A stretch of 64,000 nucleotides of DNA. Source: a virus. Its lineage: Duplodnaviria; Caudoviricetes. Made by a program: the position numbers and the translations under genes. The stretch is from IMG/VR virus record IMGVR_UViG_3300010885_031309; one strand, written 5' to 3'. Shown here in pieces: positions 33,919-49,300 of the stretch (positions are counted from its first letter, which is position 1; every line of letters begins with the position of its first letter). A model generated the notes under the pieces. The model worked only from the letters and a program-made list of their open reading frames with translations, was not told the DNA's origin and did not search any database.

Positions 33919-36900
33919 ATGGCGACCAGCAGCAGACAGAGTGCGTTATTTGGCATACAAGATTGGAAAAGATTTTATCAGACCTATCGTGAGGCTGACT
34001 TTCAGAGTTATGATTATGAAACTCTTCGTAAAAGCTTTATAGACTATCTTACTCAGTACTATCCAGAAACATTTAATGACTACATTGAAAGTAGTGAATA
34101 TGTTGCATTATTAGATGTTATAGCCTTTATGGGCCAGTCACTGGCATTTCGTAACGATCTCAACGCACGAGAAAACTTTATTGATACCGCTGAGCGCCGA
34201 GATAGCGTTGTAAAATTAGCTAATCTTGTAAGTTATACTCCAAAAAGAAATATTACTGGACAGGGCCTACTAAAGCTAACTGCCGTAAGCACGACGGAAA
34301 ATGTGATTGATATTAATGGCGTAAATTTAAGCAATACAGTAGTGTTATGGAATGATAGCGCCAATAAAAATTGGCAAGAACAATTTAATATGATACTTAA
34401 TGCCAGTTTAATTAATAGTCAAAGAATTGGCCGCCCTGGAAATTCAAATTTAATAAACGGAATAAAAAGCGACGAGTATACCATAAACATTAATACAGAC
34501 GAAAATCCAATACTACCATTTAAGAGTCAAATTGATGGTACCGTAATGAATTTTGAATTAGTTAGTGTCAGCAGTATTAACAGTGAAAGTTATTATGAAT
34601 TACCTCCGGCTCCAAACGGACAATTTATTATGCTATACCGTAACGATAAATTGGGATATGGTAGTTCCGACACTGGATTCTTTTTTTATTTTAAGCAGGG
34701 TACACTGTTGAGTCGTGACTTTGGTTTTTCAGAGAGAATAGAAAACAATAGTCATTCTATAGATATCATGGGTATCAATGACACTGACACCTGGCTATAT
34801 GAACTAGACGATGCTGAAACTCCACTATATAGATGGAGAAAAGTTGATAGTTTATATGCCTACACTGATTCGGTCAATAACACTATCAGCAGAAAAATAT
34901 TTGCTGTAACAAGTAGATACAATGACCAAGTAAATTATGTATTTGGTGATGGTACATTTGGAGAAATTCCAGTTGGAAAATTTCGTGCATATGTGCGTAG
35001 TGGCAACGCTGCTACATACACAATCAATCCAAGTGAGATGCAGGGTATAGTAGTTAATTTAGACTATATTAGTAGAAATAATAAAACTGAAACTTTAACA
35101 CTTACACTAAACTTACAGACAACTGTAAATACGGCACTGGAAAGAGAGTCCCTGCTTTCAATAAAAGAACGAGCACCAGCACGATACTACACACAAAATC
35201 GCATGGTAAACGGAGAAGATTACAGTAATTTTCCGTTTACGCAATACAATAGTATTGCCAAGAGCAAAGCTCTAAATCGCAGTAGCATTGGCATCAGTCG
35301 CAACCTAGATTTGTTAGATCCAACTGCAAAATACAGTAGCGTTAATGTGTTTGCCGATGACGGAGCACTATACACTGACAGTATGGACTCAGTTAGTACA
35401 TTTAGTACCAGCAGCATTAATATTGCACTTGAATTTGTCAACAGTACACTTAGTGTACTTTTAAGTGATAGCGCAGCACAACAATACTATCAAGCAAATT
35501 ATACTAGATATGTTCCAAGTATTGATTCCTCTGGATCTAAGATTTATTGGAACAAATCATCGGTGAGTAATAATGCGGTAACTGGATATTTTTATAACAA
35601 GATTGGTAACAGTATTGTTCCTATAAGTGCCGGTATTTCTGCTAGTAATAATATCAGATATGCTACCAAAGGCGCGCACTTAAAATTTGTTGCTCCAGCG
35701 GGAAAATATTTTACCAGTGACAATCGTTTAATGGACATCAACTCTTCAAATAGGTCTGAGAGTAAATCATATATATGGGTAGGTATTATTGATGTTATTG
35801 GAGACGGTAAAAATTTTGGAAATGGGAACTTCCTGGATAATTCTGGTCCAATTAAATTAAGCTCATATGTGCCAACAGGAGCAGAGTTAAGCGTAATAAT
35901 TCCAGCTTTTGATAACACAGTTGGTAGTACTATTATTAATCAAATGACTGAGTTGATTAAACAAGAACAAAACTTTTCATTGATATTTGATAACAGTGTT
36001 CCTATAAATTTACTCAGATGGTCAGTAACTACAAAAGCAAATAATAATTGGTTTGTTAAGTTTGAATATAACAGCATAAATTCCAACTATGAAGTAAGAA
36101 CTCGAAACATAAATTATTATTTCGGAAGCGTATACAATGTGAGATTTTCATTTGAAAACAATAAAAAAATATATGATCAAAAAACTGGACAAACACTGAG
36201 TGATTTTGTCAATATTATTAAAACAAATGATAATGCTACCAGTACACGCACACTTGGAATGGATTATGTATTAAATGTCACTGATCAGGTAACACTGAGT
36301 GATGGTTATCCAGACGACTATCAAGTAAAAGTAAGTAGTATAAATTCAACTACTGGTTTTAGTTATGATCCTGATTTTTTTAGTAATATATCCGATACTC
36401 AGAACAGTTTAGTATTTTTCAAAAAATACTTGGACTCTGATGCACTCTATCGTTCGCAACTGTTGTCTACTGGTGCTGTAATTTATAATTACAGTACTAA
36501 AAATGACATACTTGAAATTATGTACGACTATCCAGCAAACACAGTGTTTTATGCAACTTCGGAAAAAATATTCTGGCAAACTCAGCCGATTAAAAATGTT
36601 ACACCAACAGTGTACAACTTAGTTGAAGTAACTGATAATTATTTTGCAAGATCTGGTAGAGGAAACATTAACTTTCAGTACAGACACAACAGTGATAACT
36701 CTACTAGAGTTGATGTCGCAACTACAAATATCATTGATTTATATCTTGTCACTCAGTCATATTATACTCAGTATCAGAATTGGTTGAATGATACAACTGG
36801 AACAGTTACAGAGCCAGTTAAACCATCTACTAACGAATTACAGCAGGCATATGGAAATTTAGACAAATATAAAATGCTGTCAGATACAATAATATTGAAC

Positions 36901-37281
36901 AGTGTTATTTTTAAACCACTGTTTGGAAAAAAGGCCGCTCCTGCACTTCGCGGACAAATTAAAGTCATTAAGAGTTCAAATATTACTGTAAGCGACAGTC
37001 AGATTCGTAGTAGTGTATTGAGTGCATTAAATAATTATTTTACACTTGACAAGTGGGATTTTGGAGATACTTTTTACTTTAGTGAATTATCGGCGTATTT
37101 GCATTTTCAATTGGGTGGGCTCATTAGTTCTGTTGTTTTAGTTCCTAATGACCCGACACAAACATTTGGAGATTTGTATGAAATACGCAGTGCTCCTAAT
37201 GAAATATTTGTAAATGGAGCAACAACATCTGATATTATCGTAATCAGTTCTTTAACTGCACAGACTTTGCAGCAATCTTAA
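33919..37281 (+). CDS. gp6: Baseplate wedge subunit gp6
   Basis: DFQSYDYETLRKSFIDYL...DYIESSEYVALLDVIAF, ARENFIDTAERRDSV...A..VSY.PKR, and ESLLSIKERAP..YYTQNRMVNGEDY. Late promoter GATAAATA at 33888-33895. Confidence 0.9.
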   Translation: MATSSRQSALFGIQDWKRFYQTYREADFQSYDYETLRKSFIDYLTQYYPETFNDYIESSEYVALLDVIAFMGQSLAFRNDLNARENFIDTAERRDSVVKLANLVSYTPKRNITGQGLLKLTAVSTTENVIDINGVNLSNTVVLWNDSANKNWQEQFNMILNASLINSQRIGRPGNSNLINGIKSDEYTININTDENPILPFKSQIDGTVMNFELVSVSSINSESYYELPPAPNGQFIMLYRNDKLGYGSSDTGFFFYFKQGTLLSRDFGFSERIENNSHSIDIMGINDTDTWLYELDDAETPLYRWRKVDSLYAYTDSVNNTISRKIFAVTSRYNDQVNYVFGDGTFGEIPVGKFRAYVRSGNAATYTINPSEMQGIVVNLDYISRNNKTETLTLTLNLQTTVNTALERESLLSIKERAPARYYTQNRMVNGEDYSNFPFTQYNSIAKSKALNRSSIGISRNLDLLDPTAKYSSVNVFADDGALYTDSMDSVSTFSTSSINIALEFVNSTLSVLLSDSAAQQYYQANYTRYVPSIDSSGSKIYWNKSSVSNNAVTGYFYNKIGNSIVPISAGISASNNIRYATKGAHLKFVAPAGKYFTSDNRLMDINSSNRSESKSYIWVGIIDVIGDGKNFGNGNFLDNSGPIKLSSYVPTGAELSVIIPAFDNTVGSTIINQMTELIKQEQNFSLIFDNSVPINLLRWSVTTKANNNWFVKFEYNSINSNYEVRTRNINYYFGSVYNVRFSFENNKKIYDQKTGQTLSDFVNIIKTNDNATSTRTLGMDYVLNVTDQVTLSDGYPDDYQVKVSSINSTTGFSYDPDFFSNISDTQNSLVFFKKYLDSDALYRSQLLSTGAVIYNYSTKNDILEIMYDYPANTVFYATSEKIFWQTQPIKNVTPTVYNLVEVTDNYFARSGRGNINFQYRHNSDNSTRVDVATTNIIDLYLVTQSYYTQYQNWLNDTTGTVTEPVKPSTNELQQAYGNLDKYKMLSDTIILNSVIFKPLFGKKAAPALRGQIKVIKSSNITVSDSQIRSSVLSALNNYFTLDKWDFGDTFYFSELSAYLHFQLGGLISSVVLVPNDPTQTFGDLYEIRSAPNEIFVNGATTSDIIVISSLTAQTLQQS

Positions 37282-37333
37282 AAATGCTAATATATTAATA
37301 AGATAAGTAATAGTATACAGATAGTAACATAAT

Positions 37334-40300
37334 ATGGTCAATAAAGTAAGGACATTGGATTTTCTACCAGAGATATTCAGAACTGAAAGTAATCGTCAGT
37401 TTCTAAATGCTACTCTGGATGTGTTAACAGCACAACCCAACTTAAATAGAGTTCAGGGTTATATAGGAACCAAGTATGGCTACGGCGTCAATGCAGATGA
37501 TAAGTATGTGATAGAACCCACTGTCGGCAGATCAAATTATCAATTTGACCCCAGCGTTGTTTTCTTAAAACCAGATACACAACAGGCAACTGATTTTATT
37601 GATTATTCAGGAATTGTCAAAGCAATTAATAATTTTGGCGGTCAGACATACAACCATGACAGACTATTCAATAATGAATTTTACAGTTGGGACCCATTTA
37701 TTGACTATGACAAGATAGTAAATTTTTCGCAGTATTACTGGATTCCCTACGGACCCGATGCAGTTTTAATAACAAACAGAACTATTTTCCTAGAAGACAA
37801 GTATCTTCTTTCTAGTTCAAAAAATGAATTTAAGTTAACTGATAATGCGGGATCAAACCCAATTATTAATTTACTTCGCGGTGGAACATATACCTTTGAA
37901 TTGGAAACATCTCTAGCTGATGAGCAATTGTGGATTCAAGGAGTTCCTGGATTATCCGGATATGAAACTACAACAAATACTCGCGAGATACTTGGTGTCA
38001 CTGAAAATGGTACACGCACTATTACTTTTACTGTACCAGAGTCTGATGCACAGAGCGCGTTTAATATACCTGGAAACTTATCAGTTGATCTGGTAACTAC
38101 TAAACTCTACAGTGAAATTAATAATTCATCTATTACTACTATTGATGGAATCAGTGAGATAAACGGAAAAACACTGCTATTCTATAATAGTGAAAATAGA
38201 AAAGAATTCTATACTATACAAGTAAATAACAACACAGTTAGTTTAACTGCTGGTTCTACTATACCAGCAACACAAAAAATAATAGTTAATAGCGGTGTAA
38301 AATACGCTGGTCAAATATTTTACAGAACACAGACGGACACTATTGCACAGATCCCGTATCTTAGTGCAGTATTAAACAAATTATATTATCAGAGCAGTGT
38401 TGATGAAAAACGGGTTGGTCAAATCAACATATTTGAAACAAATGCCGCGGCATACATTGACGTTAATGACATTATTGGAAAGAAAACTTATACATCTTCC
38501 AATGGAGTAACATTTACCAATGGATTAAAAATCAAGTTTGACAATTCTGTTGTACCTGCTAGTTACGCTGATAAAGAATATTATGTTGACGGTGTTGGAA
38601 CATCAATTAAGCTGTTGGAAGTTTCAAAGTATGCTGTTACAGAACTAAGTTCTGAATTGGTATACAATTTATGGGATGATGTTACATATGACTTAAATCG
38701 TTGGGACAGTGACTTATATGCACCAATGACACCCGATTATATTACTATTAACAGAAACAGCAGAGATTTGAACGCATGGACTCGTAGCAACCGCTGGTTT
38801 CATCAGAGTGTTATAGATACTACAGTAGCAGCACTGGGTTATGTATCTGCCAAGGGTACAAATAAAGTTATCAGAGCGCAAAGACCAATCATTGAATTTC
38901 GTGGTAATTTACAACTGTTTGGGGGTGGAAATAACAGTGCGGGCGCAGTAACCTACTTTGATAATTCTGGATCATCACTAATCAATATTGTAGGTAAAAC
39001 ATCATATCAAATTGATGGTATTGAATTGTTGGATGGAGATCGCATAGTACTTGCTACTGATGATAATACTGAAGTAAGAAAAAATGTCTATGTAGTTGAA
39101 ATGATATCTACAAATCAGAACCAGTCTGCGGCGATTACTCTCAATCCAGTATTAGATTTAACAATAGCGGATCAAACTGAAATTAATGTACTGTTTGGAA
39201 GCGCACATCGCGGCACAACTTGGAAGTGGGATCTAATAACCAATTCTTGGGTTCAAACACAGAAAAAAATAAAAGTAAATCAACCTCCGCTATTTGATAT
39301 AGTAGATGACAATCTTAATAGTTTGAGTAATACAACATACTATGGTAGCACAAACTTTAAGGGATCCATGTTATTCAGCTATACTACTGGAGTCGGGATC
39401 AATGATTCCGTTCTTGGATTTCCAATATCATACAGTAGCTTAAATAATATCGGCGATATTAACTTTACAGTTAATTTTAATGACGACACATTCACATACT
39501 ATGAGGGTAATGTTGAAATAAACTTCAGTGTTAACATTGGATATGTAAAGCATAATATTACATCTGACACTAGTGAAAAATTAACTGGTTGGGTGCCAGC
39601 AACTGACACTAGTTTTCAATATCAAGTTTTGCAGTATGCTCTTAAATCAGGAGATACTACTATAGTATGTGACATTCCAGCAAAACTTACAACAAGTTGG
39701 AATCCAATACAAATATACTTAGAAGATACTGTATTAGATAGTGCTGATTATGCGGTAACAGTAGAAAATAATAAAACTATAATAAAGTTGTCCGCTGCTA
39801 TACAGACTACTAGTACAGCAACAGTGTTAATATATAGCGACTCGGTTTCAGAAAATGCATATTACACTGTGCCCAGTAATTTGCTAAGTAATCCATTTAA
39901 TACTAATATTACTAGCGTAGATGTTGGTGATATTAGAAATCAGTACAGAACTATATTCTCTAATGCACCTGAGGTAACTGGAGCGGTATTTGGCACAAAC
40001 AACATACATGACTTGGGTCAAGTATATCAATACGGTACCAGTATTATTCAAAGTAGTTCTAGTTTAGTATTACCTGGTATATTCTTACGCAAGAGTGATG
40101 CGTCATTATTTGATGCACTGCAATATTGCAATAATGAGTATTATAATTACAAGACGCTGTTAGTAGATATTGCTTATAAAAATGATTATAGTGTGTATCA
40201 AACACCCTATCAGATATTGGACAATATCATACATGAAATAGTAACTATCAAAAATAAGTCAACATCGTTTTTCTGGACTGACATGCTATACAGTGGAAGT

Positions 40301-43300
40301 CCATATGTCACTAACACATATAAGTTTGAAGTAGCTCCAACATCCAATGTTTTTTCTTTGTCCAGAATATATGATTTTTCATCAGCAAATTATAATGCAA
40401 TTGGAATTTATTTAACTAGAAAAGTCAGTGGACAGTCACGCACAACTCAATTAATAAGAAACATAGATTACATAGTTAGTTCTACTGGACCCACGATAGA
40501 AATTATTACATCATTGACTGATGGAGATGAGATTACTATCAATGAGTACAATCAGACATATGGAAGCTACTGTCCAAGTACTCCGTCTGCACTTGGACTA
40601 TACCCTTCGTTTGCACCAGAAATAATTGAAGATAAAACATATGGTGAGAATGCATATTTTATAGTCGGACATGATGGTAGTTATAATAAATTATATGGAA
40701 ATTATGTTAACGGCGCACTTGATGATTTTCGCGATATAGCATTATTTGAGTTTGAAAAAAGAATATACAATAATATAAAATCATCTGGAACTATACCACT
40801 TAGTGATGACACTGTTATTCCCGGGCAGTTTAGAAACACTGAGTACTCTCGCGATGAAATACTGAATATATACAGTACTAATTTTCTAAATTGGGTAGGA
40901 ACTAATAGACTTGATTTTAGAAAACAATACTACAATGTAGGTTCTTCATTTAGTTATAATTATAATCAATCATCTAATAGATTAACAAACACGGCTCTAG
41001 TAGAGGGATACTGGAGAGGAATATATCGTTGGTTATACGACACTGATCATCCACACGACAGACCATGGGAAATGTTAGGTTTAACATCAAAGCCAACTTG
41101 GTGGGATACTAGATACGGTCAAGCTCCGTATACTAGTGATAACTTGTACATGTGGAAGGATATTGCTGCTGGATATATATGGAATAGTGGCGATGCTTAT
41201 ACTAACAAGTCAAAAATTCGTCCAGAACTATTAAAAATACTGCCAGTAGACAGTCTAGGACAATTAAAATCTCCACTACATGTAGTAGTTGGTAATCATA
41301 ACAAATTAACTTTCAATAGAGATTGGATTGTTGGAGATCAGGCACCTACAGAAAACGCATACTTAAAATCAAGCTCTTGGCCATTTGATCTAGTAAGAAT
41401 TTTAGCATTAACCAAGCCAGCGCAATTCTTTAATTTATTTGCTGACTTGGATTCATATAAGTGGAACTCTGAGTTCAAACAATATCTGTATAATAATAGA
41501 TATCACTTGGATTGTCGCGAATTGAATATACATGGTTCTGGAACAGCCAAGCGTAGTTATATTAACTGGATTGTAGACTATATTAATGTTCGCGGTGTAA
41601 GCGGACACGAAGTTGTTACCAACTACTTGCGTAATATTGATGTAAGACTGACTTACAAAGCTGCTGGCTTTAGTTCTAAAAATTATCTGAAGTTTTATGT
41701 AGAGCGAGCTACGCCAGACAGCAAAAATACTGGATTTTTAATACCAGACGAAAGTTATTCTATACTGTTATACAACAGTGTTTGGGAAAGTAAAATAGAC
41801 TATAGTTCTATTATATTTCAACGAGTTAAAAATGGCTGGACAGTCTGGGGAAACAATCAGTCACAGCAGTACTTTAAGACAGCGGTGTCAAAAACAAATT
41901 CCAAGTACACTACTATTAATTTTGATTCAACGCAAGTAAAAATCGGCAATTCATGGTATGAAGACAGAGAACAAATAATATCGTATGGAACACTGTTTCA
42001 TAGTCAGCAAGCAATCAGTGAATTTATTAATAATTACGGACACTATTTAATCACACAGGGTGTTGAGTTTGATAACATTTCAAATGGAGTTTCATTAAAT
42101 TGGAACAGAATGATCCAAGAATTTCTTGCTTGGTCACAGCAAGAATGGGAATATGGTAGTACCATAGCTATAAATCCCAACGCAAGAAAGTTTACAGTTA
42201 ATAAACCTGGACTAGTAGTTCAGCCGATAACTATTCAGGACAAGAATTTTGTATTAAATCAGAACTTAATTCCAATACAAGCACAAAATTCTGCTGTGTA
42301 TCGCAATAATGAACAGTTTACAATAGAAATTCTGAATGAAGGCGACACTGTTGCTAATACTAATTTGCACTTGAATAGTATTGAACATGCTGTAGTTTTT
42401 GACAATAGCACTGTATTCGGTGATTTGATTTACAACTTAGTTACTGGTTTGCGACAGCAACGACTTCTATTGCGTGGATATAAAACTGCTGAATGGAGCG
42501 GTTATGTAGATGCTGCTGGATTTATTATTAATGAAGATAATATCAAAGAATGGGCGTCAAACATAAAGTATCCCAAAGGTTCAATTGTTACGCACAAAGG
42601 CTTATACTGGTCAGCTAATAAATTACTAGAGCCAACACTGACTTTTGTTCAATCAGATTGGAAGCAAATAGATTATGAAAATGTAAAAACTGGTTTGCTA
42701 AGTAACCCAAGTACTAATGCGTATCAAAGCTTGTATTACTATGACAGTTACAATGCAAACTTGAAACAAGATGAAGATCTATTGGCTTTTAGTTTGATAG
42801 GATATAGACCAAGAAACTATCTAGCATCTGCTGACTTAAGTGATATCACTCAAATAAATGTATTCAAAAATATTATAGCTGAAAAGGGAACAATAGCTCT
42901 AGCGGAATCTTTCAAAAATACAGTGTTTGATCAGGGTCCAATAGACTATGATATAAAAGAAATATGGGCTGTTAACACTAATACTTTTGGCAGCGTATTG
43001 AATAGTAATTTTGTTGAATTTAAGTTAAATCAATCTTTTCTTACTGGTAATCCTACATTGATTGAAATCAGTGATGAAACTGCAAGTTCGGAAGTACAAC
43101 AAACAGTACTACTCAATGAATTGACAAACTGGGGTCGTCCACCTACTAGTAAGAATTTCTTGCCAAAGCAAACCAAATATTCCGAGTACTTGCCCAGTGC
43201 TGGATATGTTGATGTCAGAGACACAGATTATCAAGTTTATGAATTTGAAGATTTGAATGATGAACCTTCAATCATTGACTCACTGAGTGTTAATAAGATA

Positions 43301-46300
43301 TTGTGGATAGCAAAATATAAATCTAGCTGGAATATTTATAGTGCAAGCCCATTAGGTGCAAATTGCATACAAGTTGACAACAATCAAAATGGAACACTAA
43401 CAATAACATTTGATAGACCGCATAACTTAAATGAAAATGAACATTTTGCAATTAATAATTTTGATCCGTTAGTCAACAAATTTTATACAGTTGATACTGT
43501 AAAGTCACTGACTTCTGTTGTAGTCAGCTATGATCTAGACAACACTGTTGTTAGATTATCTGGTTTTGGAATTGGATTTAAGTTAGTATCTAGGCGCTTT
43601 AATCAGGCAAGTGATGCAGTAGATGTAACAGCCCCATACTCAGAATATTCTACTAGAAAAATATGGGTAGATACTGATTCCGACGATAGATGGGCCGTTT
43701 ATGCATCAAGTATGGTATTCAATGAAACACAGTTGGAAATCCCGCAATCAACAGATGTTGGTTCTGCGGTCTCTTACAGTGAAGAAATAGGATATTTGTA
43801 TGCCGATGCAACGGAGTCTAGAGTATATTGTTACAACAACGATAATTTAAGTACTTTAACTGGTAATTCAAACTTTGGAAAAGTAGTTAAAACAGCCGCA
43901 GATAAACTTTTTATAGCATCAAACAGTAATGTTTATTACTATGACAGTAGATTAACACTAAATCAGATATTGCCAGAAGCTGATATCGCTGATATTGCAT
44001 GCGGAACAAACTCCAGATGGCTGTATTTGTTAAAAAAATCCACTAGTGAACTAGTAATTTATCACTTGGATAACAATAATAATTATGTTCTAGTAAGCAA
44101 TACTGGAAACTCAGTTGCTTACGGAAATGCCACGTCTATTGCATCAAGCATTGACGGACGCCGACTAATAGTTGGTGCTGCAACTGAGACTGTAAATGAA
44201 TTATCCAATGCAGGCGCAGTATATGTATACAGTCGTGAATTGCAAAGATTTATTTCAGATGGCATATCAACAGAATATAGATTACAATCTAGTGTACCAA
44301 ATAATATTGCTGATGTGTATCTAAATGGAATACTGACAACACAGTTTGTTGTTAGTAACAATTTAATCGTACTAAATTCTGCAGCCCCAACGGGTACTAT
44401 AGTAACTGTAGAACACGCAGATCTAACGCTACTACAAGTAATTCAAGCAGATGAGCCAAGAACAGGAGCCCAATTTGGAGCATCTGTTGACACAAATCGC
44501 TATGGGTCAAATTTTGTTGTTGGATGTCCATTTGATTTAACTACGATAAACACTGTTTCAAATATAGAAGGTTCAGTGTATGCATATGCAAACGAGGCTC
44601 AAAGATATGGTACAGTGACGCTCAAATCACCACTGGTCGTTGCAGATGATGTGATATTTTTTGACGGCTATCTAGTGAAATTTGAGTCGGATACAGACAA
44701 TATTAATAATATTACAGAACAGATTAATACTCAGACCCCAGTAAACATTGTTGCCACAGCAAATTCAAGTACTAATAGTATTACTATTACTGTGCGAGAC
44801 CGCACTGCTGAGACTCCATATGACATTATTGATGTTGTTGCTAATATAAATGTGGCCACTCGTCTGAAATTGAATCAATATACAAACACACAAAAAATAA
44901 CTGCCGTTAATATGCCGCAGAGAGCGCAGTTTGGTAGTGTTGTTCGCATGAATGAGAGAGATAGTTTAATAGTTTCTGCTCCCGTGACTGCCAGATTAAG
45001 CCCAACTGTGTTTGATAAGCCAAATAGCTGCGATGTACATGTGACAGCTTTTGATAACGGTGTTACTACTTTTATAGATAACTTCAATGAAGTTGGCATG
45101 ATATATCAATATGACTATTTGCCAGCAGAAAACGAAACGATTAGTAATTCTGGAAAATATGTTTTTGGACAATACATTACTAGTAGTAATACTAATTATG
45201 GTGCACAGTCTAAATTTGGACACTCAGTGGACTATCGCAATAATACTATAATAGTAGGTGCCCCAAATTACAGCAGTAATGGAAATGGATTTGTTTCTGT
45301 ATTCAGAAATCAGCAAACTAGTGATCCATGTCAAGTAATTAATCCAACTAGTTGGTATGTTTATAAAAAACCAATAGACAGTGTTGACATACATAAAATT
45401 AATAACATTAGCATATACGAAGAATTCAGTGAAAAAACTTTAGAATATTTGGATTATATAGATCCGCTACAGGGCAAACTATTAGGTGCAGTGTCTGTAA
45501 ATATTGATGTTATTAGTGAGTATGATCCCGCTGGATATGAAAGTAATGAATTACAGTGGGGACAAGAGCATGTAGGTAAAATATGGTTGAATACCAGAAA
45601 TTTGCGGATACTGAATTATAATCAGCAGGATGTAAATTATAATGCAAAAAATTGGGGAGCGGCATTTCCTGGAAGTTCTGCTGATGTATTTACTTGGATA
45701 GAAAGCAATGTGTCTCCGCTGAACTATAATGACAGTGGTTTCCCAATTACATATGATAAATTCGTAGTCAGAACTGTATTGAACAATGCTACGAATAGTC
45801 TAGCTGTAAAATACTATTTCTGGGTTAAAAATTACAGTAAGATACCCAACGGAAAAACTCTAAGCCCACTAGCACTTGCACAGTACATATTAAATCCTCA
45901 GAGTAGTGGAATTGCTTATCTGGCACCAATAACAACCAACACAGTTGCTTTGTATAATAGCTCTGAGTACATTAATGCGGCCAGTGGAATTTTACATATA
46001 GGATATGGAAATTCAGTTTATGTTGATAATAAGCACGATGTTTGGAGATTGATTCGTACTAATAGTGATGATTTCTTGTCTGGTTTCCCAACAGCTAAGA
46101 AACCAACTCCAACCGATTTATACTTAAAGTATTTGGATAGTTTTAGTGGAGCTGATGTTAATTATAATTTTGTTCCAGACACAAGACTTCCTCTAGCAGT
46201 CAGAAGCGGTGTCTCTTTCTCTCCAAGACAAACAATGTTTGTGGATAGACTAGTTGCATTGGAAAATTATATTACATATGTTAATAACATACTGACACAG

Positions 46301-49300
46301 TATCCAGTAACAGAAACTCGCTCGGATTTAACATTACTAAAATCTGTTGAACAATCATTCTGGAAAACAGTTAACTGGTGGGCATCTGGCTGGAGTGATC
46401 AAACAAAAGCGTCAATTGAAGTTGAAAGATATGCTGACTTGAATCGCATAGGCGAGTCAGAGCTTATTACTGGCACAACTGGATTAGTGTTGACAAGAGA
46501 CGAAGGTCTTGTAGTAAAGATAAAAGCAAATAGTCTTGGACTAAGTGAGTACTACACATACAGCAATTCACAGTGGAAAAGAATTGGATTAGAGCGTGGA
46601 ACAATTCAATTTTTATCTACACTGTGGACTACTAAGTATGGATGGGACTCTAGTAACTGGGATATAGATCTGTATGACAGAACAAATGCAGACGATATAA
46701 GAAAAGTAATACGGTGGATCAATGAAGTTTTATTCACAGGAGATTTAGTAGATGAACGAAACACTAGTTTAATGTTGATGTTTAACTATTCTCATGGAGA
46801 AATAGTAAATCAAAAGAATTACAATCAGTGGCTAACAAAAACAAGCTTGATTGATGTAAATCATAAGATACGTGGCTTATTGCCCTATAAAAAATATCAG
46901 CGTGATAACCAAGATTTCTTAAGTGGATACTTAAATGAAATTAAACCCTACCATGTGTATATCAAAAACTTTGTTTACACATATGATGGAATTGACAACT
47001 ATTCCGCGGAAGTAACTGACTTTGATTTACCAGCAGTTTATGATGATAAAACTAACACATTTAACAGTCCCAGAATAGTTTACACAGATATAAAAACAGA
47101 AAAAAATCAGTACGCGCCAACATCTGATATTTGGAAAAATAATAATTATAGTCAGTGGTATAAAAATTATGGACTATCATTGAAATCTGTAAAAAAGGAA
47201 AATGTACAGATTGCTACTTTGACTGCGCCGATAATGGTAAATTCACAGAGTATAAAATTGTCCAGTGTATATGGTCTACGAATCGGCGACAGTATTATCG
47301 TTAATAATGAAAAAATTCAATTCAACACTGTTGATAAAATAAATCGGACACTATCAAGTTTAGTGCGAGGCTTTGCAAGCACTGCTATTGATGAACACGA
47401 TGTTGGTGACAAAGTTTATGTTCCCTATACTCAATCATTAATCCTGGATGCGGGTCGCGGATATACTGAGATACCAAAAATAGATGTTATTTTAGATCCC
47501 GAACTTTATCCAAAACCAAGAAATGAAATATCAATGACTTCGGCTATTAGTGGCGGAAGTTTATCTTCAATATCAGTGTTAAATCCAGGAAATGGATATG
47601 CGATCTACCCCGATATTATTATATCTAGTAGCGACATATACCATGAATTTAATGGTCAAAATATTAATTCAACAGTCAACACTATACGAATAGAAAATCA
47701 TAAGTTTGAAACTGGAGACAGTGTAATATTCACCGTGACGGGCGATGAGGAAAATTATCGTCTAAAACGCAACGGTTTATATTATGTTCGTTCAATTGAC
47801 AACAATACTGTAGCATTGTATGACAACTATGTTTATGCATGTCAAGTTGACACTGCCATGGAAAAAGTAGAAACACTTGATACTCACCGAGTCAAGCTGA
47901 GTTCTACTTCTTCAACTATATTTGGAAAATTAACAGTCACTGCAAGAGCACAATTCTTGTTTGAGAGTTATCCAATAAGAACAATTAAAACTACTATTGC
48001 ATTTGACAGAGTAAGTTATACATCAAATAATGGTTGGGACGGATGGGCTTGGGAATTTAATTCTTGGGACAGTGAAGAAAGAGAAACTGCTGCATATAGA
48101 ATAGACAAATACTATAAGCCAACTGTCAATATGCCTGGTAAAGATTTGAAGCAATTAATGAATGGAGTTTCTTATCCAAACTTAATACTTCAAAGCAGCA
48201 CTTTTGCTGATAATTCTTCGGTTGATGTAAAAGTAGTTGCTCCGACGTTTGCTATGACGACCAATGGTGGTTCGGTTGATGGCGGAGATTTCTTAGACGG
48301 ATATGGTCCAGAAGAATTAGTAGCTGGTTACATCACGGACTCAATAAAAATTGTAGTAAAAAGTAATGACGGCTGTTTAATGCCAACTGCAACTGTTAGC
48401 TCTACCCGATTTATCACCAATGTATTATACACAGGAACGATTACTGTTTCTAATGCAACAGCCGCTTCAATTAGCGGTAAACCTAGTTGGCTATCAATTA
48501 CAGATGAAAAATACATCTCTGGAAAATACATCTTTACTTTAAGTGGAATTCCATCAACTACTGGTGAAATCATTGATGTGAATGTTGATGCCGAAAATGT
48601 ATGTAAATATAGTTCAACCTCTACTGTAGAAGATCTGGCTGTAATATCTACAACCGTAATATTACTACCATGCGTAGCTCCAACTGTTGGCAAGATAACT
48701 CCAAACTCATTCAGAGCCATGATTCCGTATGAAGGCACTCTAACAATTGAGAACGCAACTGATGCCGATATACTGTATGGATTGCCAACTGGAGTTTCAA
48801 TATTCAGTGAAGGTGCTGAAGGTACTGGATACAAGTTTGTATTAAAGGGAACACCAACTATCAGTAACGAGGAATATGAAATAAAAGTTAAAGCACAAAA
48901 CAGTACTGGATCATGCAGTGTTGCATATACTCCCGCGCCGTCAGTTTCTGCTGGAATTGGAACCGTAGCAGAAGCTCCTTCCTGTGATATGCCCGAGATT
49001 GGAGAACTATCAACTACTACAATTCAAGCATATGTTGTATACAATGCTACATTGACAATTACAAATGCCAAGACTCCTGTGATTATTGCTGGATTGCCAA
49101 GTACTATAATCGCAACACAGACACAATCTGGTTCAAATGTAGAGATTAGCTTCAGGGGTACTCCGTTAGTCAGTGAACAGATTAATTTGTCAGTCAAGGC
49201 ATCCAATACTGGAGAACAGTGTACTACATCAACAGCTACCAAACCATTTGAACTGTCAGTTAATCCAGCTATAGATTGTGCTGCACCCGTGGTTGGTCTA